Shown here piece by piece: positions 39,079-47,737 of a DNA stretch of 64,000 nt. Source of the stretch: an uncultured Verrucomicrobiae bacterium (GTDB taxonomy: Bacteria > Verrucomicrobiota > Verrucomicrobiia > Chthoniobacterales > JAFAMB01); assembly GCA_963837955.1 (NCBI GenBank), contig CAWIPH010000001.1, positions 1-64,000 of the forward strand, read 5' to 3'. The position numbers were made by a program, and so were the translations under genes. The notes under the pieces were generated by a model, which had not been told where the DNA came from, did not search any database, and worked only from the letters and a program-made list of their open reading frames with translations. Each line of letters begins with the position of its first letter. The stretch's first letter is position 1.

Positions 39079-39702
39079 TTATCCACCGACGCCTTTGACT
39101 CCTAGCTCCTGAACTCTCCCTTCGAGCTCTTCGATCCGCTTTTTGAGTAGCTCTACCACGCTGCGAACTTCTTCTTCGGTGAATCTCGGCGTGATATATT
39201 GCGAGCAATTCCAATCAAACGCCTCCACATGAATGATGATTCCACGCTCCACTTTGGAGGGAAGATCGGCGGTCTCCAGACGCTTGAGTAGGTCCGGATT
39301 TTCAGCGCCCTCCACCAGAGTCGCTCGTCCGAAAATTTTAAGGCGCTCCTGCGCCCGAAAATCGATTAGAAAAAGAGAAACCCTGGGATCCTGCGAAATA
39401 TTGCCGAAAGAGAGGTATTGCCGGTTCCCGCTAAACTCGGGGAATCCGACCGTGGTTGGATCCAGAACTTTGAGAAACCCTTTGGGGCCGCCCCGATGTT
39501 GAACATAGGGCCAGCCAGTCTCATTAACCGAAGCCAGAAAAAGGGTGTCCTGAGCCTCGATAAACGCGATCTCTGCGGGTCCGAGCTGGTGATGAACGAT
39601 CGGTCCGCCCTCTCGCCTGGCATAAGCCGAACGACTGCCCAAGCGTTCCTGCACGTGTTTGACACTGTCAGTGGCTGCGATCTGGAGATATTTACTTGCC
39701 AT
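39079..39702 (-). CDS. Pyridoxamine 5'-phosphate oxidase-like FMN-binding protein
   Basis: GWPYVQHRGGPKGFL, FSGNRQY, FDWNCSQYITPRF. Confidence 0.88.
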   Translation of the reverse strand: MASKYLQIAATDSVKHVQERLGSRSAYARREGGPIVHHQLGPAEIAFIEAQDTLFLASVNETGWPYVQHRGGPKGFLKVLDPTTVGFPEFSGNRQYLSFGNISQDPRVSLFLIDFRAQERLKIFGRATLVEGAENPDLLKRLETADLPSKVERGIIIHVEAFDWNCSQYITPRFTEEEVRSVVELLKKRIEELEGRVQELGVKGVGG

Positions 39703-39743
39703 ACTAACGATCCTTCTTGCCAAGTTTAGGATGTTATGCGAAC

Positions 39744-39761
39744 ATACAGACAGGTCTGTAT
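39744..39761. promoter_or_regulatory. Putative TetR operator palindrome
   Basis: ATACAGAC-AG-GTCTGTAT between the divergent TetR and FMN-binding genes. Confidence 0.7.
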
Positions 39762-39804
39762 ACTAGCAAGTCATAATTGCTCCTCGGTTTAACCCCGCCT
39801 TCTG

Positions 39805-40428
39805 ATGACCAAAATGAACCGCGCACCAGCCATCCAAAACTCCGTAAATCCTCAAGGTAAGCGGGACCAGCTCATTGAGACCGCCTGGAGGTTGTTCTAT
39901 CGCGACGGCTACCACGCCACCGGGATCGATCGGATTCTGGCCGAAGCTAAAGTGGCTAAAATGACGCTCTATAACCACTTCCGGTCCAAAGAAGAGCTCA
40001 TTCTCGCCGTGCTGGAGAAGCGTAACCGCGAAATTCTCACATCTTTACACCAATTTCTCGAAGCGAAGAAACGGTCTCCGGAGAAACGGCTGGAGGCGGT
40101 CTTTGATTGGTTAGTCGCTTGGATCGGGAGCAAGGATTTTCGTGGTTGCGCTTTTCTAAAAGCGATGGCCGAGTACCAAAACCTTGACGATCCAATCCAC
40201 CAGGCTGCCCTGGCGCACAAGGTTACCCTGACAACTGAAATACGCCGCCTGGTTATAGCGGCTGGTTTGAAGAGCCCCAAGAACTTACCAGAACAGCTGT
40301 CACTCTTGCGCGAAGGAGCAATCGTTCGGTCTCAAGCGCTCGGCAGTGTTACTCCAGCGCTTCGTGCACGCGAAGCGGCCAAGACACTCATCGCGGCCAA
40401 CAGGCGCACGGGAGCAGAAAGCAGATAG
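39805..40428 (+). CDS. TetR/AcrR family transcriptional regulator
   Basis: LFYRDGYHATGIDRILAEAKVAKMTLYNHFRSKEEL; FRGCAF. Confidence 0.93.
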   Translation: MTKMNRAPAIQNSVNPQGKRDQLIETAWRLFYRDGYHATGIDRILAEAKVAKMTLYNHFRSKEELILAVLEKRNREILTSLHQFLEAKKRSPEKRLEAVFDWLVAWIGSKDFRGCAFLKAMAEYQNLDDPIHQAALAHKVTLTTEIRRLVIAAGLKSPKNLPEQLSLLREGAIVRSQALGSVTPALRAREAAKTLIAANRRTGAESR

Positions 40429-40456
40429 CCAATAGCAGATAGCAGATAGCCAATAG
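40424..40456. repeat. Heptamer tandem repeat (ATAGCAG/ATAGCCA)
   Basis: gatagccaatagcagatagcagatagccaatagc just after the TetR stop; similar tract at 46252-46281. Confidence 0.7.
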
Positions 40457-40866
40457 CTGGACGGGCAACGGCTCACAGTCCGGCGCCTTACCGTGCGCTT
40501 TTTCTCGCCCCGTGTGCCGGACTGTATCGCCCTACCCGCGCGGGGTTGAGGTTCGCTCGGGCGTTGATCCTACGCGTGGCTCAAACCGGCTACCCAGAAA
40601 TGAGCTGCATTTGTTTCCCCATCTCATTCTGGCACCCTTTCGGGGTGGATCGCCTGGGATTATTCGTTTCCCGGGGGTTAAAACCTCGGCCTGGCTGACC
40701 CCTGATGCCCCTTCGGGGAGGGTAGCATTTTGGATACGGTTTCGAGCGGGTTGACCGTTTCGGGCGGGCTGGAAATCCGCGGATCCCCGCTAAGCGATGC
40801 CACGTCAGCTATTAATCTTGTTCCTAGCGGCTTTTCATCTGCGCAACGGATGTTAGGATAAGGGCG

Positions 40867-41406
40867 ATGAATGCAAAGATGCTCTTGGCGCTTGCGCTAA
40901 GTACCCCCCTGTTCGTTTCATCCGCTGAAGCGATCGTGTTCCCGGTTCGGACAGACTCTGGACCGGTGACTTATAGTCTGGAGGTTCCTCCGGGAACGCC
41001 GGTCGGACCGAAAATAAAGCCGGATCCACAAGTTGCCTATTCTGCCAATTTCCCCATGACTGCCGGCTCGGCTGAAGTTGCCGCGGTCGGTTGGGCGGGT
41101 GGATTGGCAGATAAGGATACGTTTACTCCCTATCCCAATTCGGGGACGATCCTTGGCGGGAAAGTTCCGGGCGGTTTTTACAACGCCACTTTTATCAAGG
41201 TCGACCACGTCGAACGGGTAAACGGTCCGGTTCCTTATTACCTGGTCCAAATGAGAGGGAACGTCGCCGGCAGCGCGCAGACTTTTTATGCGGCTGTGCT
41301 CGACGATGGTAATCTCGTTCGCCCAGTACCGGTGAGTCGGGAAGTATATCACCCCGAAGGGCCTCACCCCCACCACGCCTTCCACAAACATCACCATCAC
41401 GCCTGA
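40867..41406 (+). CDS. Secreted hypothetical protein with His-rich tail
   Basis: Signal peptide ending AEA; C-terminal HPHHAFHKHHHHA. Confidence 0.75.
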   Translation: MNAKMLLALALSTPLFVSSAEAIVFPVRTDSGPVTYSLEVPPGTPVGPKIKPDPQVAYSANFPMTAGSAEVAAVGWAGGLADKDTFTPYPNSGTILGGKVPGGFYNATFIKVDHVERVNGPVPYYLVQMRGNVAGSAQTFYAAVLDDGNLVRPVPVSREVYHPEGPHPHHAFHKHHHHA

Positions 41407-41436
41407 CTGAAATTAGCGGCCGAAAAAGCCGAACTC

Positions 41437-41480
41437 AACTGGTACTGTCTGGAGTCAGACGGTACCAGTTTTGTTTTTTT
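41437..41480 (+). terminator. Rho-independent terminator
   Basis: AACTGGTACTGTCTG-GAGT-CAGACGGTACCAGTT followed by a T-rich tract. Confidence 0.8.
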
Positions 41481-41620
41481 AGATGCCCGTGAAGTTTTCG
41501 TCTTCCTGCACGAGCTTGCAGGCGCCCTCCTCCCCCTTCGGGGGATTGATCAAGCGCTTCCTTATGTTTGGCGCGCATACACCGCTCACAGTTCACCGTT
41601 TCTTCGGCATCTGTTATTTG

Positions 41621-43723
41621 TCATTTCCCCTGCGATTCGCTCATCGCTCGAATGGCTTCTTTATAGACTTTGGCACCTTCCGTCGGGTTCCGGACCAGCG
41701 CCGGATCTGTGTCCAAATCGATGTGGTATAAACCGAAATCACTATTCGCATCGAATTTAAGGCCCCACTCTCGATTGGAAGTAATGCTCCAACAGATGTA
41801 CGCGCGGACAGGAATATCCAAATCTCGAGCCTGCTTTACCTGGTCCAGATGAGAGCGCAAATATTGTGATCGAGTAAATCCATCGGCTGACTCGATGCAC
41901 CCATTCTCAATGATGAGGATCTCCTTTCCTGGAAACCAGCGGTGAAATCGCCGCAACACTCGCAGCAAACCGGGTGGATCCACTGGAGCGCCAAAGAAAT
42001 CACTTAAGGATGCATCAATCAGTTGATGCATCCGACGCACTTCAAGCGTGCTAATGCCCCAGTAGTAGTCTAATCCCACGAAATCCTGCGTATCGACACA
42101 TTCGGCTGGACACAAAAATTCCGGCAGTTTGCCCGTCATCCCCAAATGCCACCAATTGCTGTTTACGACCGTACCGATAACGGTCAACGGCTTGAGTAAT
42201 GGTTCGAGAAATCGCGCCGGAGTCGAAAGGGAATCTACCCGCTCATCAAAGTTGAGTTTCTCAAAGCGAACATTCCCAGGATCCCCGAAGAGCCGGGTTG
42301 CGAGTTTTGCCCCCAGATCGAGTTCCTGTTGGCTTAGATCATCTGGGGGACCCGCACTGGGATCGTGAATCACGCCAACCCGGAGATAACCACGATTGCG
42401 AATACGCCTAACTAATGCGCTTCCGGTCGGATGTTCGATCGAGGGTGTGGGTTCATTCCTTAGCACTGCATTGACGATGTTCAGAAGATCAGGATTGCCT
42501 CGAGCGACACCAATCGCATACGAGGACCGAGCGATAGGATCGCCTCGCATCTCCAAATTCGGAAAATCTGACAAGCTGGGAACACAGGTATCGTCACCGA
42601 TGAATCCTTCGATCTGTCCGGCAGCTAGCGCTTCCAGGCCGAGGCGATGGTTTTCGAAAGTCTCGATGTTTGCTGCGGGAGCGACTGTCAACACGTTTTG
42701 ACGGGCAGTCGTTCCGCGCACAACTCCCACGACTTTCCCGTTTAGTTCTTCGGGACCGTTGATCTTGCTCTCTTTTCGTACCACCAATCGCTGGGCTCCT
42801 TCCGCATACACCTCGGAAAAATCGACTCGGCGAAGTCGCTCCAGAGTCGGCGTAAAACGCGCTATGACCACATCGACCGGCGTACGAGCCAGCACGGCCT
42901 GTTCCGATATGTGTCGAGTTGTTCGGAGGAAGGAAGACTTGTCTCGCATGCGCGTGGCTAGCCAATCGATGAAATACTGAAGCAAGACCGGCATTCCCAG
43001 AACGAACGGATTCACTCCGACTTTCGCTTGCGGATTCTTGTTCTGAATGATTTCGCGCGCCGATCGATGACTCAGGAAAATGTTTCGAATTAGTTGCACC
43101 GAGCTTTCGAGTTGGCCGGCCAGACTGGTGCCGATTGCCATGCCAGGCGGTACGAGAAATGCCGGTTGCCACCATGGCTTCACATATCCGTAAACCAAGA
43201 GGTTTGGTTCATTGAAGGTGATCCAATACTGCACGAGATCGCCAAGGGCTTTGGCTACTTGCGTTACATATGCCGCATACCAATAAGGAAAATCCGCGGT
43301 CGTCATCCCGCCTCGTTCCTCCACGTGAATCGGCCAAGTGAAGTGGTGCAGCGTCACCAGCGGCATCATTCCCGCCGCGCAGATCTCGGTCGCGACGGCC
43401 CGATAATGTTCCAGCACCGACTGGTCCCATACCCCCGGCTTCGGTTCAACGCGCGACCAGGCGATCGAAAATCGAAAAAGCCGGCACCCGAGATCGCGGG
43501 CGAGCTTGACATCTTCTGGGTAACGGTTCCAAAAATCGGTCGCTTTGCCTCGAGCTGTTTGCTTTTGCTGTTGCTCCCAAATGTCGCGATAGTCTGGTCG
43601 TTCAGGGTCAAAGCTCTCAGATTGATGATCTGATGTTGCAACACCAAACAAAAGTTCCGGAAGTTCCACGAAAAATGTACGATGTAGGCTCACGAGAAAA
43701 TCCAGCACCTCTGCGCGGAGCAT
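41621..43723 (-). CDS. GH1 glycoside hydrolase with inserted, circularly permuted SBP family 3 domain
   Basis: GH1 motifs FGVATSDHQSE, FRFSIAWSRVEP, TLHHF, TFNEP(E172), GLDYY, IENG(E606), WSITSNREW; SBP-3 motifs at aa ~283-499. Confidence 0.85.
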   Translation of the reverse strand: MLRAEVLDFLVSLHRTFFVELPELLFGVATSDHQSESFDPERPDYRDIWEQQQKQTARGKATDFWNRYPEDVKLARDLGCRLFRFSIAWSRVEPKPGVWDQSVLEHYRAVATEICAAGMMPLVTLHHFTWPIHVEERGGMTTADFPYWYAAYVTQVAKALGDLVQYWITFNEPNLLVYGYVKPWWQPAFLVPPGMAIGTSLAGQLESSVQLIRNIFLSHRSAREIIQNKNPQAKVGVNPFVLGMPVLLQYFIDWLATRMRDKSSFLRTTRHISEQAVLARTPVDVVIARFTPTLERLRRVDFSEVYAEGAQRLVVRKESKINGPEELNGKVVGVVRGTTARQNVLTVAPAANIETFENHRLGLEALAAGQIEGFIGDDTCVPSLSDFPNLEMRGDPIARSSYAIGVARGNPDLLNIVNAVLRNEPTPSIEHPTGSALVRRIRNRGYLRVGVIHDPSAGPPDDLSQQELDLGAKLATRLFGDPGNVRFEKLNFDERVDSLSTPARFLEPLLKPLTVIGTVVNSNWWHLGMTGKLPEFLCPAECVDTQDFVGLDYYWGISTLEVRRMHQLIDASLSDFFGAPVDPPGLLRVLRRFHRWFPGKEILIIENGCIESADGFTRSQYLRSHLDQVKQARDLDIPVRAYICWSITSNREWGLKFDANSDFGLYHIDLDTDPALVRNPTEGAKVYKEAIRAMSESQGK

Positions 43724-43842
43724 CTGCGATTCTCGTTTGGCCGAGACTGTACGCGCTTCTAAAATCTAAGCAACGAATCCATCTAGCCCAATAGCCAGAA
43801 ATCGAATATGTGATGGCTAATTTGCGTCACAATTAATTGTAG

Positions 43843-44097
43843 ATGAAAATCTTCCTCTTGGCCATAATGCTGTTAGGCGCCGGATTGTCCGGTACCGCAT
43901 TGTGCGCGCCGCCCCCAAACTCTCCCCCTAGATCCGTTGTCGTCCCGCATCCCCATTTTCCTCATCTGAATTTCCCGCATCCCAATTATAATTGGGATCG
44001 CGGTTACTGGAAAGTCCATCGCTACGGATGGTGGCATCACCATCGCGGATACTGGACGGTCCAGCATGGCCAGCACATTTTCGTTAGTAGCGACTAA
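43843..44097 (+). CDS. Small secreted Pro/His/Trp-rich protein
   Basis: Signal peptide; PHPHFPH and two RGYW repeats; 84 aa. Confidence 0.65.
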   Translation: MKIFLLAIMLLGAGLSGTALCAPPPNSPPRSVVVPHPHFPHLNFPHPNYNWDRGYWKVHRYGWWHHHRGYWTVQHGQHIFVSSD

Positions 44098-44222
44098 CAG
44101 ATTCGATTTCGGGGCTTACCGACAGGTTTCACCTCGGCGCAAGAGTACACGCCGTCTTCTCAAGATCGGATTTTAGTGCGTCGAGTCATAAGTGACGCAT
44201 ACCGGCCGGCAGCTGCCGCACT

Positions 44223-44356
44223 CAGCGCGGGGAGGGATCGCGTCCCCGCGATCCGTCGCGGCCGGAGCCAAGCGCGTTTGGATACCAAGAGCTAAATTGC
44301 GTCCCGAGGTTAGAGATGTCATCGCGGCGCGCGGGGACGCGCGCCCTCCCCGCGTT
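44223..44356. repeat. GGAG-type REP doublet (inverted pair)
   Basis: GGAGGGATCGCGTCCCCGCGATCCG ... CGGCGCGCGGGGACGCGCGCCCTCC between convergent genes; same family at 60829-60878. Confidence 0.75.
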
Positions 44357-44443
44357 GGAGCACGAGAGCCAAACAACGCAGCAGCTTGCAGCCTATGGCC
44401 ACAGGAAGAGCCGGATAGGGGTCAGGCGGGCTGGGGCCGGCGC

Positions 44444-45208
44444 TCATTCGATCTCGACCAGCGTACCGATCGGTGTTTGATCGAAGATCGCTTTAGCAAC
44501 ATCCTCTTTGGCTACTCGGATGCAGCCGTGGCTAGCTGGTCGGCCCGGATTATAACCTTCGTGAATGCCGTACTCGCTAAACGAAAGCCTGAGAAAGTAA
44601 GGCATCGAAACTTTGTAGATTGACGATTTCCGTGCCCGCTCTTTATCCGTAACTAGATATCGTCCAGGTGGGGTATCGAAGCCTGGTTTTCCAGTGGAGA
44701 TTTTTCCCTCCACTAATGGCAACCCATCTTTGAACAAGGTAACTGACTGAGGCGTGAGTTTTATTTGGATATTGAAATGACTCGCTTGCGGATCAGAGTC
44801 GATCAATGTTCGCGCTAATTCTGGGAAGCCGCACCTAGCAGCGTATTGAGCCGGGACCCATCCCCAGGCGGACGCGCGAAAACGCTCTGCTCCTCGTTCA
44901 ACCAACGCGGAGCAAAGCTCTGTTTCACCGAGTGCGGCCGCAACAATCAACGGTGTCGCCTTGGTCTCTTCTCGAAAGTAATGGTCAAGCCGAGAGCTGA
45001 TTTTTGCCAGAGCTATCAACTGTTCCGAAGTGATCGCGAACGGGCCGTTCAGGTTCGCGTGAGCGTCGATCGCAACAAGCAATTCCTGGGGATCATTGGT
45101 TAAAACAGCGTGGGCCAGCTGGTTCTGGCGGAAGGCTGCTGCCTGGCGAGTTATTTCCGGACTTGAGCTATGTAAAAAGAGGCAAAAAACTATGAGTGAC
45201 GGCGACAT
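44444..45208 (-). CDS. Ankyrin-repeat + L,D-transpeptidase (YkuD) protein
   Basis: TPLIVAAALG...LVERGA ankyrin; ISTGKPGFDTPPG and GIHEG...ASHGCIRV. Confidence 0.88.
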   Translation of the reverse strand: MSPSLIVFCLFLHSSSPEITRQAAAFRQNQLAHAVLTNDPQELLVAIDAHANLNGPFAITSEQLIALAKISSRLDHYFREETKATPLIVAAALGETELCSALVERGAERFRASAWGWVPAQYAARCGFPELARTLIDSDPQASHFNIQIKLTPQSVTLFKDGLPLVEGKISTGKPGFDTPPGRYLVTDKERARKSSIYKVSMPYFLRLSFSEYGIHEGYNPGRPASHGCIRVAKEDVAKAIFDQTPIGTLVEIE

Positions 45209-45555
45209 AATCTAGCGGCACGAATGCCAGCACTCGATCGGTTCAAGGCGCCAAAAAACAGGCTTAGTTGAAAAACAAGTCTTCCTTGGTATGCCGAGCT
45301 CCGGCTTCCTGGTAAATTGAGCAGAGCAATACTCCGTTGGGGCCGCGCAGCTCTGCGCAACACCGGTCGACACTCCCTCTCTGTATGCATTTTTGGTAAA
45401 GCTATTTGCGTCTACTTCTGGGAGGAGTCGTTATCTAATCATTTTCGAAATCTGATTGCAATCTCTGTCCTCAACTCCTAGTGGATGTTTACACAGCGTT
45501 TGCTTGCAGCTTTTTTTAAAAACAACGATGCTCGAGTAGTCTTTTCAAGTGTGGG

Positions 45556-46242
45556 ATGAAGGCTTTGGCAAAGCTTCTGTTGGTTGTTCTTGGCTTGGTC
45601 GGTTCCGGGCAAGCTCAGGAGTCTTCACCAACACCAAATGGCGTAGATGAGCCCGCCCTGCCAGATTCGAAACTGGAGATACCCCACCCCCCTTCAACCG
45701 GCCTTCTGCCGGTGGCCGGAGCGATACCCAATCCTACTCCGGTAACCAGTCCTACGCTAGGAATCTACTCTCCGATAAAAACGAAGAACCCGGTTGTACC
45801 CACGTCGACGGTTAAGCCTCCTCTCCGCCCCAAGATGCAGAACAAGGCGCAAAAACGCTTCGAAGAGGTCCGATCAATCGCCATGCAAAGCCCTCATGTG
45901 GCCTACCTGCTAAAGCGAGCTAACAAAGCCTCAAGCGGTTCTGCTCGTCGTAGCCTTATGCGCGCCTATTACGCGGCGCTCAATGCTCGAATGCGCAAAT
46001 TGGAACCAGGTCTCAAGAGTTCCATCAAGACCTACGAAATGGAGAAGACTGGAACATCATCCAAGGCGACCGATACCAAGGCCAGCAACTCGAAAAAAGC
46101 GAATACTAAGCAACGGTCGCATAGCAAGAAGGACACTTCCCCGGGAACGCACTCGGCTCGACACAAGCATTCTTACTCTCATCGGGTAACCTACCCGAGT
46201 GATTACGGCCCGTACACTCGTTACGGACCGTACGGCGAATAG
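45556..46242 (+). CDS. Secreted hypothetical protein (Pro-rich linker, basic tail)
   Basis: Signal peptide ending GQA; 228 aa. Confidence 0.7.
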   Translation: MKALAKLLLVVLGLVGSGQAQESSPTPNGVDEPALPDSKLEIPHPPSTGLLPVAGAIPNPTPVTSPTLGIYSPIKTKNPVVPTSTVKPPLRPKMQNKAQKRFEEVRSIAMQSPHVAYLLKRANKASSGSARRSLMRAYYAALNARMRKLEPGLKSSIKTYEMEKTGTSSKATDTKASNSKKANTKQRSHSKKDTSPGTHSARHKHSYSHRVTYPSDYGPYTRYGPYGE

Positions 46243-46251
46243 AGGTAAGAA

Positions 46252-46281
46252 CATAGCAGATAGCAAATAGCAAATAGCAAA
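46252..46281. repeat. Heptamer tandem repeat (ATAGCAA/G)
   Basis: atagcagatagcaaatagcaaatagcaaat. Confidence 0.7.
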
Positions 46282-46340
46282 TCGCGTGCAGGCGCCGAGA
46301 GCCGGACTCTAGCGGAGCGGGGGCGAGAGGAATCCCCCAA

Positions 46341-47015
46341 TTATGGTCCGAAAAGCATCACGATGGACCAAACGAGAATCACTAACACGAGCGCGGCGAA
46401 CATCCAACGAAGTCTCGGCAGACCATAATAGAGGCCACACAAGGCTCCGAATATGAGTCCACCAAAATGCGCCGCGTTGGCGACATTCATGATTTTGAAA
46501 TGAGTGAAAGCGACGCAAAGAACTGCCCAGCCAATTAACATGAGCGCGTTCTTTTGCACGAACCAGAGATACAACCGGTTTACGGGGGCAGCGCCCAACA
46601 TAAATCCGAAGACTCCGTAAACCACGCCAGACAAGCCGACTCCAACCGCTCTCTCAAAATAGAGCTGAGAGAAAGAAGCCATCCATGCTACGAGCAGCAG
46701 CAAGATAACGAAACGGATTTTGCCGGCCGTTAGTTCGACAATTTGACCCAGGGCCAAAAACGCCGCGAGATCGAAGAGCAAATGAGGTATCCCTTGGTGA
46801 ACCAGCGTGGTCGAAAACAGGGCCCACCACCCGGATGGCTGATACCTTATCGGCTCGACCAAGCGGAAGTAGGCTCCGGTTTGATCAACGCTGGTCCAAG
46901 CGAACACCAACAGGCAAAGACCAATCACGGTATAAGTGACAATCGGCCGGCCGGGCCGGACCGAAGTAGCCACGGCACTTGCAGAAGTGTTCTCGCCCAC
47001 CGGGATTCCGCTCAT
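46341..47015 (-). CDS. Rhomboid intramembrane serine protease
   Basis: WWALFSTTLVH...HLLFD, GLSGVVYG (Ser), AHFGG (His); likely start 47015. Confidence 0.9.
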   Translation of the reverse strand: MSGIPVGENTSASAVATSVRPGRPIVTYTVIGLCLLVFAWTSVDQTGAYFRLVEPIRYQPSGWWALFSTTLVHQGIPHLLFDLAAFLALGQIVELTAGKIRFVILLLLVAWMASFSQLYFERAVGVGLSGVVYGVFGFMLGAAPVNRLYLWFVQKNALMLIGWAVLCVAFTHFKIMNVANAAHFGGLIFGALCGLYYGLPRLRWMFAALVLVILVWSIVMLFGP

Positions 47016-47058
47016 AATATCATGACGTAAGAATTGAGTTGTATCGCCTAGACCCACT

Positions 47059-47694
47059 TCATTCGTCAAATGACCCCATCGGACGCGGCGTAGTGCCGGG
47101 CCGGAAAATGTGAATCGCCTCGCAATATCCCGCTTTATCTGGACTGCCATTCGCCCCCGCTCGGAATTCAAACGCAATCCCAGCATCTTGGTCAACCAGC
47201 CCTTCCTTGGGGCTTTTGTCTGAGATCGGCGGTAAATTTTCCGCCCACTCTTTATCTTCACGCGAGTGCGGATAGGTTTTTTTGATCTCCGCGAGGCTGC
47301 TATTCACCGATATTCCTGAAGCGGTTTTGAAGTAGGGTGAAGTGACTCGAATCTGAACAACGACCGTCGGCTTACTTTGATCACCACCGGCTCCGGGACC
47401 TTGAAAAAAGATCTCCAATTCCTCTTGTCGACCGGTGGCTTTGCCGCCCAGGGCGCGACCGGAACGCCAAACTTCGGTCAGCTTTCCACCCATAGCTGCA
47501 TCCTGCTGGGCCGGCTTTCCCAATGCGCGATGAACCGCTGCAAGGTTTGCCCCTACTCGAACCTGTCCGACTCGGACGCCGGGTTCAATGAGCGGGCTGC
47601 CCGAAGAACTCGCTCCGAGACAACTCGAGTATCCGAACAAAGAGCAACCAAGCCCAACTATCGCGGTGAAGCTACGAATAGATCGGATCCGCAT
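47059..47694 (-). CDS. Secreted hypothetical protein
   Basis: N-terminal signal; IEPGVRVGQVRVG and IRVTSPYFKTASGISVNSSLAEIKKTYP. Confidence 0.65.
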   Translation of the reverse strand: MRIRSIRSFTAIVGLGCSLFGYSSCLGASSSGSPLIEPGVRVGQVRVGANLAAVHRALGKPAQQDAAMGGKLTEVWRSGRALGGKATGRQEELEIFFQGPGAGGDQSKPTVVVQIRVTSPYFKTASGISVNSSLAEIKKTYPHSREDKEWAENLPPISDKSPKEGLVDQDAGIAFEFRAGANGSPDKAGYCEAIHIFRPGTTPRPMGSFDE

Positions 47695-47737
47695 GGCTCC
47701 AATCCAGACAGGTGGCAGTCGCTTTACAAGCTCGAAA

